Notes: generated from the letters alone by a model not told the origin. 60,002 bases of DNA, filler included, from 5 parts of 5 records of this genome joined end to end with filler, not necessarily neighbours in it; one strand, 5' to 3'; numbered from the whole stretch's first letter, positions 10,682 to 21,268 are shown. A program made the numbers and translations.

Positions 10682-10916
10682 GTCACACTTTCCAAAAATA
10701 ATCACGCAGGAAAGATTCGCCGGAAGCCCCGCTCAGGATTGACTCCTTCGATGGCGGGACGCAGATCTCGGACGAGCTACTTTAGGACGGCATAAGACGG
10801 GTATGGCGGCAGTAGATTTGAAAATCTTGTACGATTCTGCAATGCACGCAGTTGCGCCCGGATTCGTCAGTAGTTGACATCTTAATGGTCCGTGTTTTTG
10901 ATTCCGGAATTTGACT

Positions 10917-13900
10917 ATGCCAAGCCAGTCTCCAGCTACTCTGCTACGTGATCGTATACTGATAATGGACGGTGCCATGGGCACTATGCTGCAACGCCAT
11001 TCCTTCAGCGAGGAAGACTTCCGCGGCACACAATTCAGGGATCATGCACATGACCTGCGCGGCAATAATGACGTCCTGTGCCTGACACAATCCGAAGCCG
11101 TGCTGGACGTGCATCGCGCCTACCTCGCGGCCGGCGCTGACATCCTCGAAACGAATACCTTTTCATCCACCAGCATCGCCCAGGCTGACTACGGTCTTGA
11201 GGCGGCAGTCTACGACATCAATGTGGCAGCTGCCAGGCTGGCACGCCAGGCAGCCGATGAGTTCACCAAACAGAACCCTGCCAAACCGCGTTTCGTAGCC
11301 GGCGCCCTGGGGCCTACAAATCGCACCGCTTCAATCTCGCCCGACGTCAATGACCCGGCCTTCCGCAACGTGACATTTCAGGAGTTAGCGAACGCCTATG
11401 CTGAACAGGCACGTGGCCTGATTGACGGTGGTGCCGACGTCTTGCTCTTTGAGACTTTGATCGACACGCTCAATGCCAAAGCCGCACTTTATGGCGTTAT
11501 GCAGTATTGCGACTCCATCGGTTCAAAAATTCCCTTCATGATTTCCGGCTCGATCGTAGACTTAAGTGGACGCACACTCTCAGGCCAAACGACTGAAGCC
11601 TTTTGGTTAAGTGTTAAACATGCGCGCAACCTGATGTCCGTTGGTTTGAACTGTTCACTCGGCGCACATCAGATGCGCCCGTTCATTGAAGAGTTAAGTC
11701 GCATTGCGTCCGTGCCCGTCAGCATCTACCCCAATGCGGGGCTGCCAAATGAATTTGGCGGTTATGATGAAACACCCAGCGACACCGCATCAATTCTGGC
11801 GGAGCTGGCTCAGGACGGCCTGTTTAACATTGCTGGTGGCTGCTGCGGCACAACACCGGATCATATTGCAGCTATTGCCGCAGCACTGGAAGGTGTTAAG
11901 CCACGCGAATTCAAAGCCCCTTCTCCCTGGCTGCAACTCAGCGGACTCGAACCGCTCACCGTCCACCCTGAAACAAACTTTGTTAACGTTGGTGAACGCA
12001 CAAACGTCGCCGGCTCACGGAAATTTGCGCGCCTGATCAAAAATGGCGAGTACGAAGAAGCCCTCAGCGTTGCCCGCCAGCAAGTCGAAAATGGCGCACA
12101 GATTATTGACATTAACATGGACGAGGGGATGCTCGATTCCGCCGAAGCCATGTCGCGTTTTCTGCGCATGCTTGCTGCTGAGCCAGACATCTCGCGCGTT
12201 CCAATCATGATCGATTCGTCCAAATGGAGTGTAATCGAAGAAGGTCTGCGCAACGTCCAGGGACGCGGAATTGTTAACTCCATCAGCCTCAAGGAAGGTG
12301 AAGATAGTTTCCGCGAACAAGCTCGGGCAATCCTTAGCTACGGTGCCGCTGTTATTGTAATGGCATTTGATGAAACCGGTCAGGCAGATTCATACGAGCG
12401 ACGCATAGAAATCTGTGAACGCGCCTACAGGATATTAACAGAAGAAGTCGGCTTCCAACCACAGGACATCATTTTTGATCCAAACATCCTGACGGTTGCA
12501 ACCGGGATGGAAGAACACAATGATTATGGCGTGTCCTTCATGCGCGCCACGCGTTGGATCAAGGACAATCTCCCGCAAGCATATGTCAGTGGCGGAGTCA
12601 GCAACATTTCATTCTCATTCCGCGGCAACAACACGGTGCGCGAAGCCATGCACGCAGCCTTTCTGTACCATGCAATTCGCGCCGGTCTGGACATGGGCAT
12701 TGTTAATGCCGGGCAGCTGGAAGTATATCAGGAAGTTGAGCCTGCCCTGCTGGAACGCGTCGAAGACGTTTTGTTAAATCGCCGGCCCGATGCCACCGAC
12801 CGCCTGATCAGTTTTGCGGAGACACTTGTTAAACAAGACAAATCCACTGCCAGGGAGCAGGCCGCCTGGCGCAATCAGTCAGTCCAGGAACGCCTAAAAC
12901 ACGCTCTCGTTAAAGGCACTGTTGAACACATCGAAGCCGACGTGGAAGAAGCACGCCTGGCCTCGCCAAGTCCGCTGCAAGTTATTGAAGGCCCATTAAT
13001 GGACGGCATGAATGTTGTCGGCGATTTATTTGGCGCCGGAAAAATGTTCCTGCCTCAGGTTGTTAAAAGCGCGCGGGTGATGAAAAAAGCCGTGGCCTAC
13101 CTGATTCCATACATTGAAGAAGAAAAAGAACGCAGCGGCAGCACACAGGCCCAGGGCAAAGTCTTAATGGCCACTGTTAAAGGTGACGTCCACGACATCG
13201 GCAAAAATATCGTTGGTGTTGTCCTGGCCTGCAATAACTACGAAGTCATCGACCTTGGTGTGATGACGGCAAGCCAGAAGATTCTGGACGCAGCCAAAGA
13301 ACACAATGTCGATATCGTTGGGTTAAGCGGTTTAATTACGCCCTCACTGGATGAAATGGTCCACGTGGCGCGTGAGATGGAACGCACGGGCATGAACCTG
13401 CCGCTGTTGATCGGTGGGGCTACGACTTCGCGCATTCACACCGCGGTTAAAATTGCACCGAATTACTCGGGGCCCACAATTCATGTACTTGACGCTTCGC
13501 GCAGCGTGCCGGTTGTTAACAAGCTGCTCTCACGCAAAGACCGTACGGAATTCATTGACGGAATTGCCGCAGAATACGCAGAGCTGCGTGAGCGCCATCA
13601 CAAAAAACGCGGCGGCAAGAAACTGTTGAGCCTGGCCGACGCGCGCGAACGACGCGCCAAACTCGAATTCTCCGGTGCGATGATCACAAAACCGCGCAGC
13701 CTGGGTGTGCAAGTCTTCAACGACATCGACCTCAAAAAACTGCGCAATCATATTGACTGGACGCCATTCTTTATGTCCTGGGAATTGCGCGGACGCTACC
13801 CCGCAATCCTGCAGGATAACGTCGTGGGCCAGGAAGCCCGTAAGTTGTTCGATGATGCCAACAAACTGCTCGATGAAATTATTAAAGGTCAGCTGATCAA

Positions 13901-14645
13901 AGCACATGCCGTAGTTGGAATTTTTGCAGCCAACTCAATTGGCGACGATATCGAAGTGTATACGGATGCGTCCCGAAAAGAAGCACGTGCCACAGTTCAC
14001 AGCATCCGCCAGCAGGGTGTAAAAGTTGAGGGTGTGCCCAGCCTGGCGCTCGCCGATTTTGTGGCGCCCAAAGGCAGCGGCTCCGAAGACTACCTTGGAG
14101 CATTTGCCGTCAGCGCCGGCGAAGGTGTCCCTGAACTGGTAGCGCGCTACGAAGCTGAGCACGACGACTACAATGCGATCATGGTCAAAGCCCTGGCCGA
14201 CCGACTGGCTGAGGCGCTGGCAGAAATGATGCATGCGCGCGTGCGCAAACAACTGTGGGGTTACGCTCCCGCCGAAGCCCTGAGCAACCAGGACCTCATT
14301 CGCGAAAAATACCGCGGCATACGCCCGGCGCCGGGTTATCCCGCCTGCCCGGACCACACCGAAAAAGCGACACTCTTTGAGCTGCTCGACGCGCAGAATG
14401 CAATTGGCATCGCACTTACTGAAAGTTTTGCGATGATGCCGGCTGCGGCTGTGAGTGGCTGGTATCTGGCACACCCAGACTCCAAATACTTCACCGTTGG
14501 GCAAATTGGCCGCGATCAGGTCAAAGATTTGGCGCAGCGCAAAGGCATGCCCTTTGGTGAAATGGAACGCTGGCTTGCACCAAACCTGGCCTACGATCCT
14601 GAAGTCAAACCGGAAGAAGTTGACGCAAATGCTATCGCCCCCTAA
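10917..14645 (+). CDS. metH: Cobalamin-dependent methionine synthase
   Basis: DGAMGT, the Zn ligands GLNC and GGCCG, the pterin-domain [12 protein letters not shown], the B12 motif [11 protein letters not shown] and the reactivation-domain [15 protein letters not shown]. Confidence 0.98.
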   Translation: MPSQSPATLLRDRILIMDGAMGTMLQRHSFSEEDFRGTQFRDHAHDLRGNNDVLCLTQSEAVLDVHRAYLAAGADILETNTFSSTSIAQADYGLEAAVYDINVAAARLARQAADEFTKQNPAKPRFVAGALGPTNRTASISPDVNDPAFRNVTFQELANAYAEQARGLIDGGADVLLFETLIDTLNAKAALYGVMQYCDSIGSKIPFMISGSIVDLSGRTLSGQTTEAFWLSVKHARNLMSVGLNCSLGAHQMRPFIEELSRIASVPVSIYPNAGLPNEFGGYDETPSDTASILAELAQDGLFNIAGGCCGTTPDHIAAIAAALEGVKPREFKAPSPWLQLSGLEPLTVHPETNFVNVGERTNVAGSRKFARLIKNGEYEEALSVARQQVENGAQIIDINMDEGMLDSAEAMSRFLRMLAAEPDISRVPIMIDSSKWSVIEEGLRNVQGRGIVNSISLKEGEDSFREQARAILSYGAAVIVMAFDETGQADSYERRIEICERAYRILTEEVGFQPQDIIFDPNILTVATGMEEHNDYGVSFMRATRWIKDNLPQAYVSGGVSNISFSFRGNNTVREAMHAAFLYHAIRAGLDMGIVNAGQLEVYQEVEPALLERVEDVLLNRRPDATDRLISFAETLVKQDKSTAREQAAWRNQSVQERLKHALVKGTVEHIEADVEEARLASPSPLQVIEGPLMDGMNVVGDLFGAGKMFLPQVVKSARVMKKAVAYLIPYIEEEKERSGSTQAQGKVLMATVKGDVHDIGKNIVGVVLACNNYEVIDLGVMTASQKILDAAKEHNVDIVGLSGLITPSLDEMVHVAREMERTGMNLPLLIGGATTSRIHTAVKIAPNYSGPTIHVLDASRSVPVVNKLLSRKDRTEFIDGIAAEYAELRERHHKKRGGKKLLSLADARERRAKLEFSGAMITKPRSLGVQVFNDIDLKKLRNHIDWTPFFMSWELRGRYPAILQDNVVGQEARKLFDDANKLLDEIIKGQLIKAHAVVGIFAANSIGDDIEVYTDASRKEARATVHSIRQQGVKVEGVPSLALADFVAPKGSGSEDYLGAFAVSAGEGVPELVARYEAEHDDYNAIMVKALADRLAEALAEMMHARVRKQLWGYAPAEALSNQDLIREKYRGIRPAPGYPACPDHTEKATLFELLDAQNAIGIALTESFAMMPAAAVSGWYLAHPDSKYFTVGQIGRDQVKDLAQRKGMPFGEMERWLAPNLAYDPEVKPEEVDANAIAP

Positions 14646-14934
14646 CACAACGACAAACAAAATGGCCTTGTTTGGAGCAAAGGCCCACGCGCGCGCAGTT
14701 CCGGCCGATGAATTCTAATTCCCCTTGAATTGCGTGCCTGACCAGGCCTGGGAGCCCAAAAACGTTTGAAAGATATTTGCCATGCCAAATGTGGACTTAG
14801 AGCCGTTCTGTATTTTTCGAGTTTTTTGTCCTACAGGCCTCACTGCTGAGATGGGGCCGGCACTTCGCTCAGGGACTTTGGATCTTGGGACTCTCCTACA
14901 GAGACTAAGGGTTTGAGGCTATGTGTCCTACACG

Positions 14935-14953
14935 CTGTTAGCCCTAAGGGCTA
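14935..14953. repeat. Palindrome CTGTTAGCC-ctaag-GGCTA (REP-like), copy 2, truncated at contig end
   Basis: Same CTGTTAGCC...GGCTA core as 7616-7636. The contig stops inside the right arm. Confidence 0.5.
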
Positions 14954-15053
14954 NNNNNNNNNNNNNNNNNNNNNNNNNNNNNNNNNNNNNNNNNNNNTTA
15001 ATTAATTAANNNNNNNNNNNNNNNNNNNNNNNNNNNNNNNNNNNNNNNNNNNN
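14954..15053. other. Artificial contig linker
   Basis: 44N-TTAATTAATTAA-44N. Confidence 0.99.
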
Positions 15054-16182
15054 TGCCCATGCCTGCTATGGACACAATTCCTTCTTCAAGGGCAACTACC
15101 TGTTTCGGCAATGGACCCAGGCCGATGCAATCATTGATTACCTGGTATTTGCCAAGAAATACGTCATGGAGTGCGAAGAAAAATATGGCATTGATGCGGT
15201 TGAAGAAGTGCTTGACGCTGCGCATGCCATCCAGCATTTCGGTGTGGATCGTTACAAGCGACGCTTTGAGTCCGAGGCGTCACTGAAAGTAAAGCGCGAC
15301 GATCTGGCTGAAGAAAAGCGCCGCCAGTACGATGAAATCATGGCCAAGGTGTCGCCGGTCGAGGCGGCTCAAATTGAGCGTCGGCAAGACAACTACCCCC
15401 GCGAGCCTGTCGAAAACATTCTGTACTTTGTCGAGAAAGAAGCGCCCAAACTGCGCGACTGGGAACGCGAACTGGTACGCATCGTTCGCAAAATGTCTCA
15501 GTACTTTTATCCGCAAGGTCAAACCAAGGTGATGAACGAAGGTTGGGCCAGCTTTTGGCATTACACCTTGCTCAATACCCTGTACGACGAGAAACTTGTA
15601 TCCGATGGATTCATGCTCGAATTCCTGACGTCTCACACCAATGTGGTGTTTCAGCCCGATTCGCGTGATGGACGCTTCAGGGCCCTGAACCCCTACGCCC
15701 TCGGTTTTGCCATTTTCAGCGACATTCGCCGCATGTGTGAAAAGCCCACAGAAGAGGACAAACGCTGGTTTCCTGAAATTGCGGGTAGCGGCAATTGGTT
15801 GAAAGCCGTTGATTTTGCCATGCGCAATTTCAAGGATGAATCATTCATCCGCCAGTTTTTATCTCCCAAAGTCATCAGGGATTTTCGCTTGTTTGCGATC
15901 GCAGATCATAAAACCGAAAGCGAATTATTCATCGACAGCATTCACAATGATGAAGGTTACAAACGCATTCGTACCCTGTTGGCCAATCAGTACTCTCGCG
16001 AAAGCATGGTTCCCGACATACAAGTGACTTCCTATGCCCGCATGACCGATCGATCCCTCACGCTCACCCACATGAGCCGTCGAGGCAGACCGTTGAATAT
16101 GGATGAGGCAGAGAAAACACTCGCGCAAGTGGAACGTTTGTGGGGCTTCCCTGTGCATCTGGAAACATCGGATGCGCATTGA
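15054..16182 (+). CDS. ycgB: SpoVR/YcgB family protein, 5' truncated
   Basis: Open frame from the contig edge (AHACYGHNSFFKGNYLF), with SQYFYPQGQTKVMNEGWASFWHY and NPYALGF, all hallmarks of SpoVR. Confidence 0.93.
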
Positions 16183-17149
16183 AACCAGCGTCATTCAACA
16201 GGCCAAATTAGATCTTTCAGGTTCCGTTGCTCCTTTTGAGTTGGTCTTGCCTGACATGCCAGCTTCCGTGTGGGCCAGCCCAGAGCACCTGCGCTCACGT
16301 TTTCATCGGGAGGCAGCCCGTTTTTTTGAGTGCGAATCGGTGTTGGCGGTAACTGGTATAGAAAGCGGTATTTCAGCACTCTCGCGCTTGTTTCAGACTT
16401 GGTATGGGTCTATGAGAGTGGTTTTGGCAGAGCCCAGTTTTGACCAATGGGACAAACGTTTTCGAAGAGCCAATCACGTGGTCCTCGACTGGCCTGTTGA
16501 TCTTGTACTGCAGGGGGACATTCCGGAATGCGATGTGGTGGTGCTGGGGCGCCCGGTGAATCCTACATGTCAAATGATCAGCATCCAGCAAATCAAGCCT
16601 CTCGCCAGGAGACTGCGCGCGCAGGGTGGTTGGCTTATTTTGGACGAGGCATACCTGGATTGGACCGGTGAAGATTCATATGCGTCATTTATTGAAGCCG
16701 AGCCCGCCATCGTTCTTCGTTCTGTAGCTCCTTTTTCAGGTCTGGCTGGGGCCAATCTGGCTTTTGTTTGCGGGCCCAAGGCTGTGTGTACAGCACTGCT
16801 CAATGAAGTGGGCACACAAGCTGTTTCCTCACCGCAATGGTGGCTGGCGCTGCAGTACTTTGCAGCAGAAGGCTGGCGGGCCGAACAGCTGATTCGTCTC
16901 GAAGCGTTGTGTGCTCGTTTGGAGTCACTTTGGCGAGTTCGACTGGGCGAGCATGTCAAAATTCACAAAGGTGGCTACTTTATCAGTTTTGCCCACCCCA
17001 ACAACGAGCAGTGGGCTGCCGATCTCGAACACATGGGGATATTGGTGCGTATCTATCTCGCAGATGAGTGCATCCTGCGATGTGGGTCGCCAAAGTCAGA
17101 GGCAGACTGGATTCGGTTGCAGAACGCGGTGAACTTGTTGAGCGATTAG
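16172..17149 (+). CDS. CobC/CobD (threonine-phosphate decarboxylase)-like fold-type I PLP protein lacking the Schiff-base lysine
   Basis: LDLSG, PVNPT, LILDEAY and LRSVAPFSGLAGANLAF (canonical LRSFGKFFGLAGLRLGF). The start overlaps the spoVR stop by 11 nt. Confidence 0.75.
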   Translation: MRIETSVIQQAKLDLSGSVAPFELVLPDMPASVWASPEHLRSRFHREAARFFECESVLAVTGIESGISALSRLFQTWYGSMRVVLAEPSFDQWDKRFRRANHVVLDWPVDLVLQGDIPECDVVVLGRPVNPTCQMISIQQIKPLARRLRAQGGWLILDEAYLDWTGEDSYASFIEAEPAIVLRSVAPFSGLAGANLAFVCGPKAVCTALLNEVGTQAVSSPQWWLALQYFAAEGWRAEQLIRLEALCARLESLWRVRLGEHVKIHKGGYFISFAHPNNEQWAADLEHMGILVRIYLADECILRCGSPKSEADWIRLQNAVNLLSD

Positions 17150-17613
17150 TCGTGACGCATCACTTCTTCAATGCCACGTTCGCGCGGTTTGGTTGAAACC
17201 AGCAAGGTTTTCGCCAGACGGTCTTGAGGAAACTGCCCATTCTTGTCAAAGAATGAATAAACGAAGGCAATGCCTGTTAAATTGAAAAACCAGCACAGCA
17301 CATAGCGCAGTATGGCTTGAGCCACCCCAACACGCTCCCCGTTTTCCTTGACCAATCGAATATGCCAGGTTTTCATGGCAAGGGTTTGGCCCCCATGGCG
17401 CCAAAACCACACAAAATACAAGCCAAGCACGGCAAAAAACCACCACTGACGGGCCTCACGGAGGTATAAGGCATGTCGGCTTTGGGTCAGTGTATCGAAG
17501 AAGTAGCCAGCAATGAATAAAACGCCGAACAGCAGCATGCTTTCGTACAGCATGCTCGCAAATCGGCGTTTTCTGCTGGGGCTGATCAGCCCGTTGTCAA
17601 TGAGTCGTTCCAT
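17146..17613 (-). CDS. RDD family membrane protein
   Basis: RRFASMLYE, GQTLAMKTW, AILRY and QDRLAKT motifs. Confidence 0.9.
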   Translation of the reverse strand: MERLIDNGLISPSRKRRFASMLYESMLLFGVLFIAGYFFDTLTQSRHALYLREARQWWFFAVLGLYFVWFWRHGGQTLAMKTWHIRLVKENGERVGVAQAILRYVLCWFFNLTGIAFVYSFFDKNGQFPQDRLAKTLLVSTKPRERGIEEVMRHD

Positions 17614-17675
17614 TCCGGTATTTTATCGTCTGCCGATTCCACGGTATGGTCGCGGCATCCAAACAGGCTCCGGTT

Positions 17676-18083
17676 TTATGGTTTTTTACCCTTGAATTCA
17701 TCCCGTTTTTTGGGGTCGAGGCTTTGGTAGCTGTTCCAGCTTGAATTTCGCTCACCCTGACGTTTTTCCTTCAATGCCTTGTAGTTCTCGCGCGCGGCTG
17801 CCTTTTCCCGAGGGCTTAGCTCGCTCCAGGTGCTGACCCGTTCCCGCATGATGGCCTGGCGATCCTCAGGCTCATTCTCATACTTGCGTCCGACTTTAAG
17901 CCAGCGCTCCTGTTGCGCATCGGTCATTGAATTCCAGTCGCCCTTGAGTGGGGCTAGCAACTCCTGCTGCTTGGGCGACAACTCAGACCAGTCTGTATCG
18001 GCCAGCGCGTCAGTGCTCTGGAGGGCCAGCACGAATACAAGGCCCAAAGTCCACATTCCGGAGTAAATTCGAGTCGCAACCAT
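17676..18083 (-). CDS. DUF3106 family periplasmic helical-repeat protein
   Basis: Signal peptide followed by WSELSP.QQ..LAPL...W repeats, in the usual position after DUF3619. Confidence 0.85.
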   Translation of the reverse strand: MVATRIYSGMWTLGLVFVLALQSTDALADTDWSELSPKQQELLAPLKGDWNSMTDAQQERWLKVGRKYENEPEDRQAIMRERVSTWSELSPREKAAARENYKALKEKRQGERNSSWNSYQSLDPKKRDEFKGKKP

Positions 18084-18102
18084 ATCGTTCTATCCTCTTT
18101 GA

Positions 18103-18603
18103 CTAGATCGATGTAGTGAAGTCGGCGGGCAAGGAATCCATCCACTGTTCAATTCCGTCTTCAGCTGGAACTGGGTTGTTCTTTTCCAGCTCTGTTGCGT
18201 AGTTGATGAAGCCCTTGTCAAGGTAGGCGTCCGGTGGCAGATCATCCGACAGGATGGCTGCGTCGAGATCAGCTGTTTCAGAAATACGTGCATCCGAGTT
18301 TTCCAGACCAAACTGCGCAACACCGAACGCGGCACCTGCGATAAACAACGCGCTCACGGCCATGGACAAGGCCGGACGGTTAAACCACTCTGAAACCTGC
18401 TGAAACCAACCACCGATCGAGCCGTGATTGGAATTATTCTTAATTTGCTTCGCATGACTTTGCGATCCATGTTTCTCCGAGTGGAGTTGCACGGATTTGG
18501 CAATAGCCAGATTGAGGCGGTCCTGAATGTGGGGCGGAACCTGACTCGCCGACTCATCAAGTAGCCTTTTTACTACACTTGCGGTTAGCCGATCTTCATT
18601 CAT
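18103..18603 (-). CDS. DUF3619 family single-TM protein (putative anti-sigma factor)
   Basis: ATGA-coupled to the ECF sigma gene, one TM segment and the C-terminal D..ILSDDLPPDAYLDKGF signature. Confidence 0.85.
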   Translation of the reverse strand: MNEDRLTASVVKRLLDESASQVPPHIQDRLNLAIAKSVQLHSEKHGSQSHAKQIKNNSNHGSIGGWFQQVSEWFNRPALSMAVSALFIAGAAFGVAQFGLENSDARISETADLDAAILSDDLPPDAYLDKGFINYATELEKNNPVPAEDGIEQWMDSLPADFTTSI

Positions 18604-19160
18604 TCCCGAAACCCCTGTTGCCTCAATACCTGTGCCAATGCCTTTGTCGCTCTGGAGCAATGCGTTTTTACACTGCCTTCAGAACATCCCATGATCTCTG
18701 CCGTTTCTGCCAAGTCCATCTCTTCCCAATAACGCAAGATGAATGCCTGGCGTTGACGCTCTGGCAAATTTGCGATGGCTTCTTCGATTGCGGCCATATT
18801 CTGTGACTGTTCAATCTCGTCCTGAGCGCTCGCATTCTGAGATTCATCCTGTGCGAGAAGGTTTTCAAGCACGTCGTAGTCTTCTTCGTCTTTCTTCTGA
18901 AAACTGGAAAAAAGTGTTGTCCAGGTATTTCTGACCTTCTGGCGGCGGTGATAGTCAAGGATCGTGTTCTGCAAAATGCGGGTGAACAGCATTGGCAGCT
19001 CTTCTTTTGGCTTGTCACCGTACTTGTCGGAGAGCTTCATCATGCTTTCCTGTACCAGATCCATGGCACTTTCTTCATTTTTTACGGCAAAAAAAGCCTG
19101 TCGATAAGCCCTGTGCGACACCTCTCTCAAAAAATCCTCTAATTCTCGCGTGCTGGCCAT
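18600..19160 (-). CDS. ECF RNA polymerase sigma factor
   Basis: Region 2 (DLVQE...FTRILQN..LD) and region 4 (LPERQRQAFILRYWEEM...ETAEIMGCSEGSVKTHCSRA). Confidence 0.93.
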   Translation of the reverse strand: MASTRELEDFLREVSHRAYRQAFFAVKNEESAMDLVQESMMKLSDKYGDKPKEELPMLFTRILQNTILDYHRRQKVRNTWTTLFSSFQKKDEEDYDVLENLLAQDESQNASAQDEIEQSQNMAAIEEAIANLPERQRQAFILRYWEEMDLAETAEIMGCSEGSVKTHCSRATKALAQVLRQQGFRE

Positions 19161-19263
19161 AAATGTGTGTGTCGAGGTGGTGTCAGAGGGTTTTGGGGTC
19201 GAAGCGAGAATGATTCGCAATATTTAACAATACGGCATGATATCAAAGCCACAAGCTTTTTTC

Positions 19264-19292
19264 TTGACCCACGGCAGGCTTCGCACTAAGAT
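19264..19292 (+). promoter_or_regulatory. Sigma70-type promoter for ilvIHC (TTGACC-17-TAAGAT), implying a leader of about 250 nt
   Basis: -35 at 19264-19269, 17-nt spacer, -10 at 19287-19292. Confidence 0.55.
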
Positions 19293-19549
19293 CTCGTTCT
19301 ACCCTGTTTTTGTCTCTAGTTAATCAGCATACCCTTGTTGTTTTAGCGAAAGACGCGCTAGGGCGCTGAGCTTGTGGCTCAGAAGCCCATGGCCAACCTG
19401 CCCGACATAATCGGGTTGTGATCGCCAGCGCTTTGCGACATGTCCACACCCACAAGGTTGTTCATCTTCAAAAAGCCTGTGCCCCACGGCAATGCGATCC
19501 AGGACGGCATCCGACCAATGTCCCGTGGATTTTGTCAGGATTTTTTAAA

Positions 19550-21262
19550 ATGGAATATACCGGCGCGGAAATCGTTGTCAAATGTCTGGAAGAGGAAGGC
19601 GTCAAGCACGTTTTCGGTTACCCAGGCGGAGCAGTACTCTACATTTACGATGCCATCTTCAAGCAAGACGGTTTCGAACACATTCTGGTACGTCACGAAC
19701 AAGCTGCTGTACATGCAGCCGATGCCTACTCGCGTTCAAGCGACAAGGTGGGTGTCTGTCTCGTTACATCCGGCCCAGGTCTGACCAATGCTGTTACTGG
19801 CATTGCAACGGCCTACATGGATTCGATTCCTATGGTGATTTTGTCTGGTCAGGTGCCTACGCACGCGATTGGTCAAGACGCATTCCAGGAATGCGACACC
19901 GTGGGTATTACACGCCCCTGCGTCAAGCACAACTTCCTTGTGAAGGATGTGAAAGACTTGGCGCGTGTCATGAAAGAAGCGTTTTACATCGCCCGTACAG
20001 GCCGCCCAGGCCCTGTGCTGGTGGATATCCCCAAAGACATCACCATTCACAAAACCACATTTGATTATTCCGAGCCAGTCAAAATGCGCTCGTACAACCC
20101 GGTGGTCAAAGGCCATCAGGGTCAAATCAAAAAAGCCGTGCAAATGATTCTGGAGGCCGAGCGCCCCATGATCTATTCCGGCGGTGGTGTTATTTTGGGT
20201 GATGCCTCTGCTGAACTGACTCGTCTGGTGGAGTGGGTTGGTGCGCCAACCACCAATACGTTGATGGGTTTGGGTGCATTCAAGGCCAGCGACAAGAAAT
20301 TCGTGGGCATGCCTGGCATGCACGGCACCTACGAGGCCAATTTGGCCATGCAAAATTGCGATGTGCTGATCGCTGTCGGCGCTCGTTTTGACGATCGTGT
20401 GATTGGTAACCCCAAGGATTTCGCGTCAATCCCGCGCAAAATCATTCACATCGACATCGACCCGTCTTCCATTTCCAAGCGCGTAAAAGTGGATGTGCCT
20501 ATCGTTGGCAACATCAAAGATGTACTGGTTGATTTGATTCAGTTGCTTGAGGAAAGTGGCAAGCGTGTTGACCAGGGCAAGCTGCAGAGCTGGTGGGAGC
20601 AGGTGGAGAAGTGGCGCGGACGCAAGTGCCTAGACTACGCCAAGTCTGATGAGCTGATTAAACCTCAGTTTGTGGTTGAAAAGCTTTGGGAAGTCACCAA
20701 CGGCGATGCATTCATTACATCCGACGTTGGCCAGCACCAAATGTGGGCGGCGCAATATTACAAGTTCAACAAGCCTCGTCGATGGATCAATTCCGGTGGT
20801 TTGGGCACGATGGGTGTGGGTTTGCCTTACGCCATGGGCGTCCAAATGGCCAACCCTGATGCCCAGGTGGCGTGTATTACCGGTGAAGCATCTATCCAGA
20901 TGAACATCCAGGAATTGTCGACCTGTTTCCAGTATCACTTTACGCCCAAAATCGTGAACCTGAACAACCGTTACCTTGGCATGGTTCGTCAATGGCAGCA
21001 GCTGGATTACGGTTCGCGTTATTCCGAAAGCTACATGGACGCATTGCCGGACTTCGTGAAGCTTGTGGAAGCCTATGGTCACATTGGCATGCAGATCACC
21101 AAGCCATCCGATGTGGAGCCGGCGCTGCGCGAGGCTTTTGGCAAGTACAAAGACCGTTTGGTGTTCATGGACTTCATCACCGACCGCACTGAAAACGTGT
21201 GGCCCATGGTGAAAGCTGGCAAGGGTCTGTCTGAAATGCTGCTGGGTTCGGAAGAACTGTAA
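19550..21262 (+). CDS. ilvI: Acetolactate synthase large subunit
   Basis: FGYPGGA, RHEQAAVH, TSGPG, DVGQHQMW, SGGLGTMG and the ThDP motif GEASIQMN...NN.YLGMVRQWQ. Confidence 0.97.
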   Translation: MEYTGAEIVVKCLEEEGVKHVFGYPGGAVLYIYDAIFKQDGFEHILVRHEQAAVHAADAYSRSSDKVGVCLVTSGPGLTNAVTGIATAYMDSIPMVILSGQVPTHAIGQDAFQECDTVGITRPCVKHNFLVKDVKDLARVMKEAFYIARTGRPGPVLVDIPKDITIHKTTFDYSEPVKMRSYNPVVKGHQGQIKKAVQMILEAERPMIYSGGGVILGDASAELTRLVEWVGAPTTNTLMGLGAFKASDKKFVGMPGMHGTYEANLAMQNCDVLIAVGARFDDRVIGNPKDFASIPRKIIHIDIDPSSISKRVKVDVPIVGNIKDVLVDLIQLLEESGKRVDQGKLQSWWEQVEKWRGRKCLDYAKSDELIKPQFVVEKLWEVTNGDAFITSDVGQHQMWAAQYYKFNKPRRWINSGGLGTMGVGLPYAMGVQMANPDAQVACITGEASIQMNIQELSTCFQYHFTPKIVNLNNRYLGMVRQWQQLDYGSRYSESYMDALPDFVKLVEAYGHIGMQITKPSDVEPALREAFGKYKDRLVFMDFITDRTENVWPMVKAGKGLSEMLLGSEEL

Positions 21263-21268
21263 TAGGAG

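Noticed and set aside
10730-10775. Glycine-riboswitch-like fragment upstream of gcvP (minus strand CGAAGGAG)
   Set aside because: The GGAGA and CUCUCAGG core elements and their stems could not be found. An Rfam scan would be needed to revive it.
9218-10795. 525-aa plus-strand ORF
   Set aside because: Antisense shadow of gcvP with no recognisable motifs, as expected from codon bias. The same applies to 21914-22975 (ilvC), 3964-4899 and 57293-58273.
14646-15300. Apparent metH next to spoVR and cob-like gene (a B12 theme)
   Set aside because: Separated by a contig linker and probably different organisms. The same holds for pnp/hisZ and glyS/TRAP.
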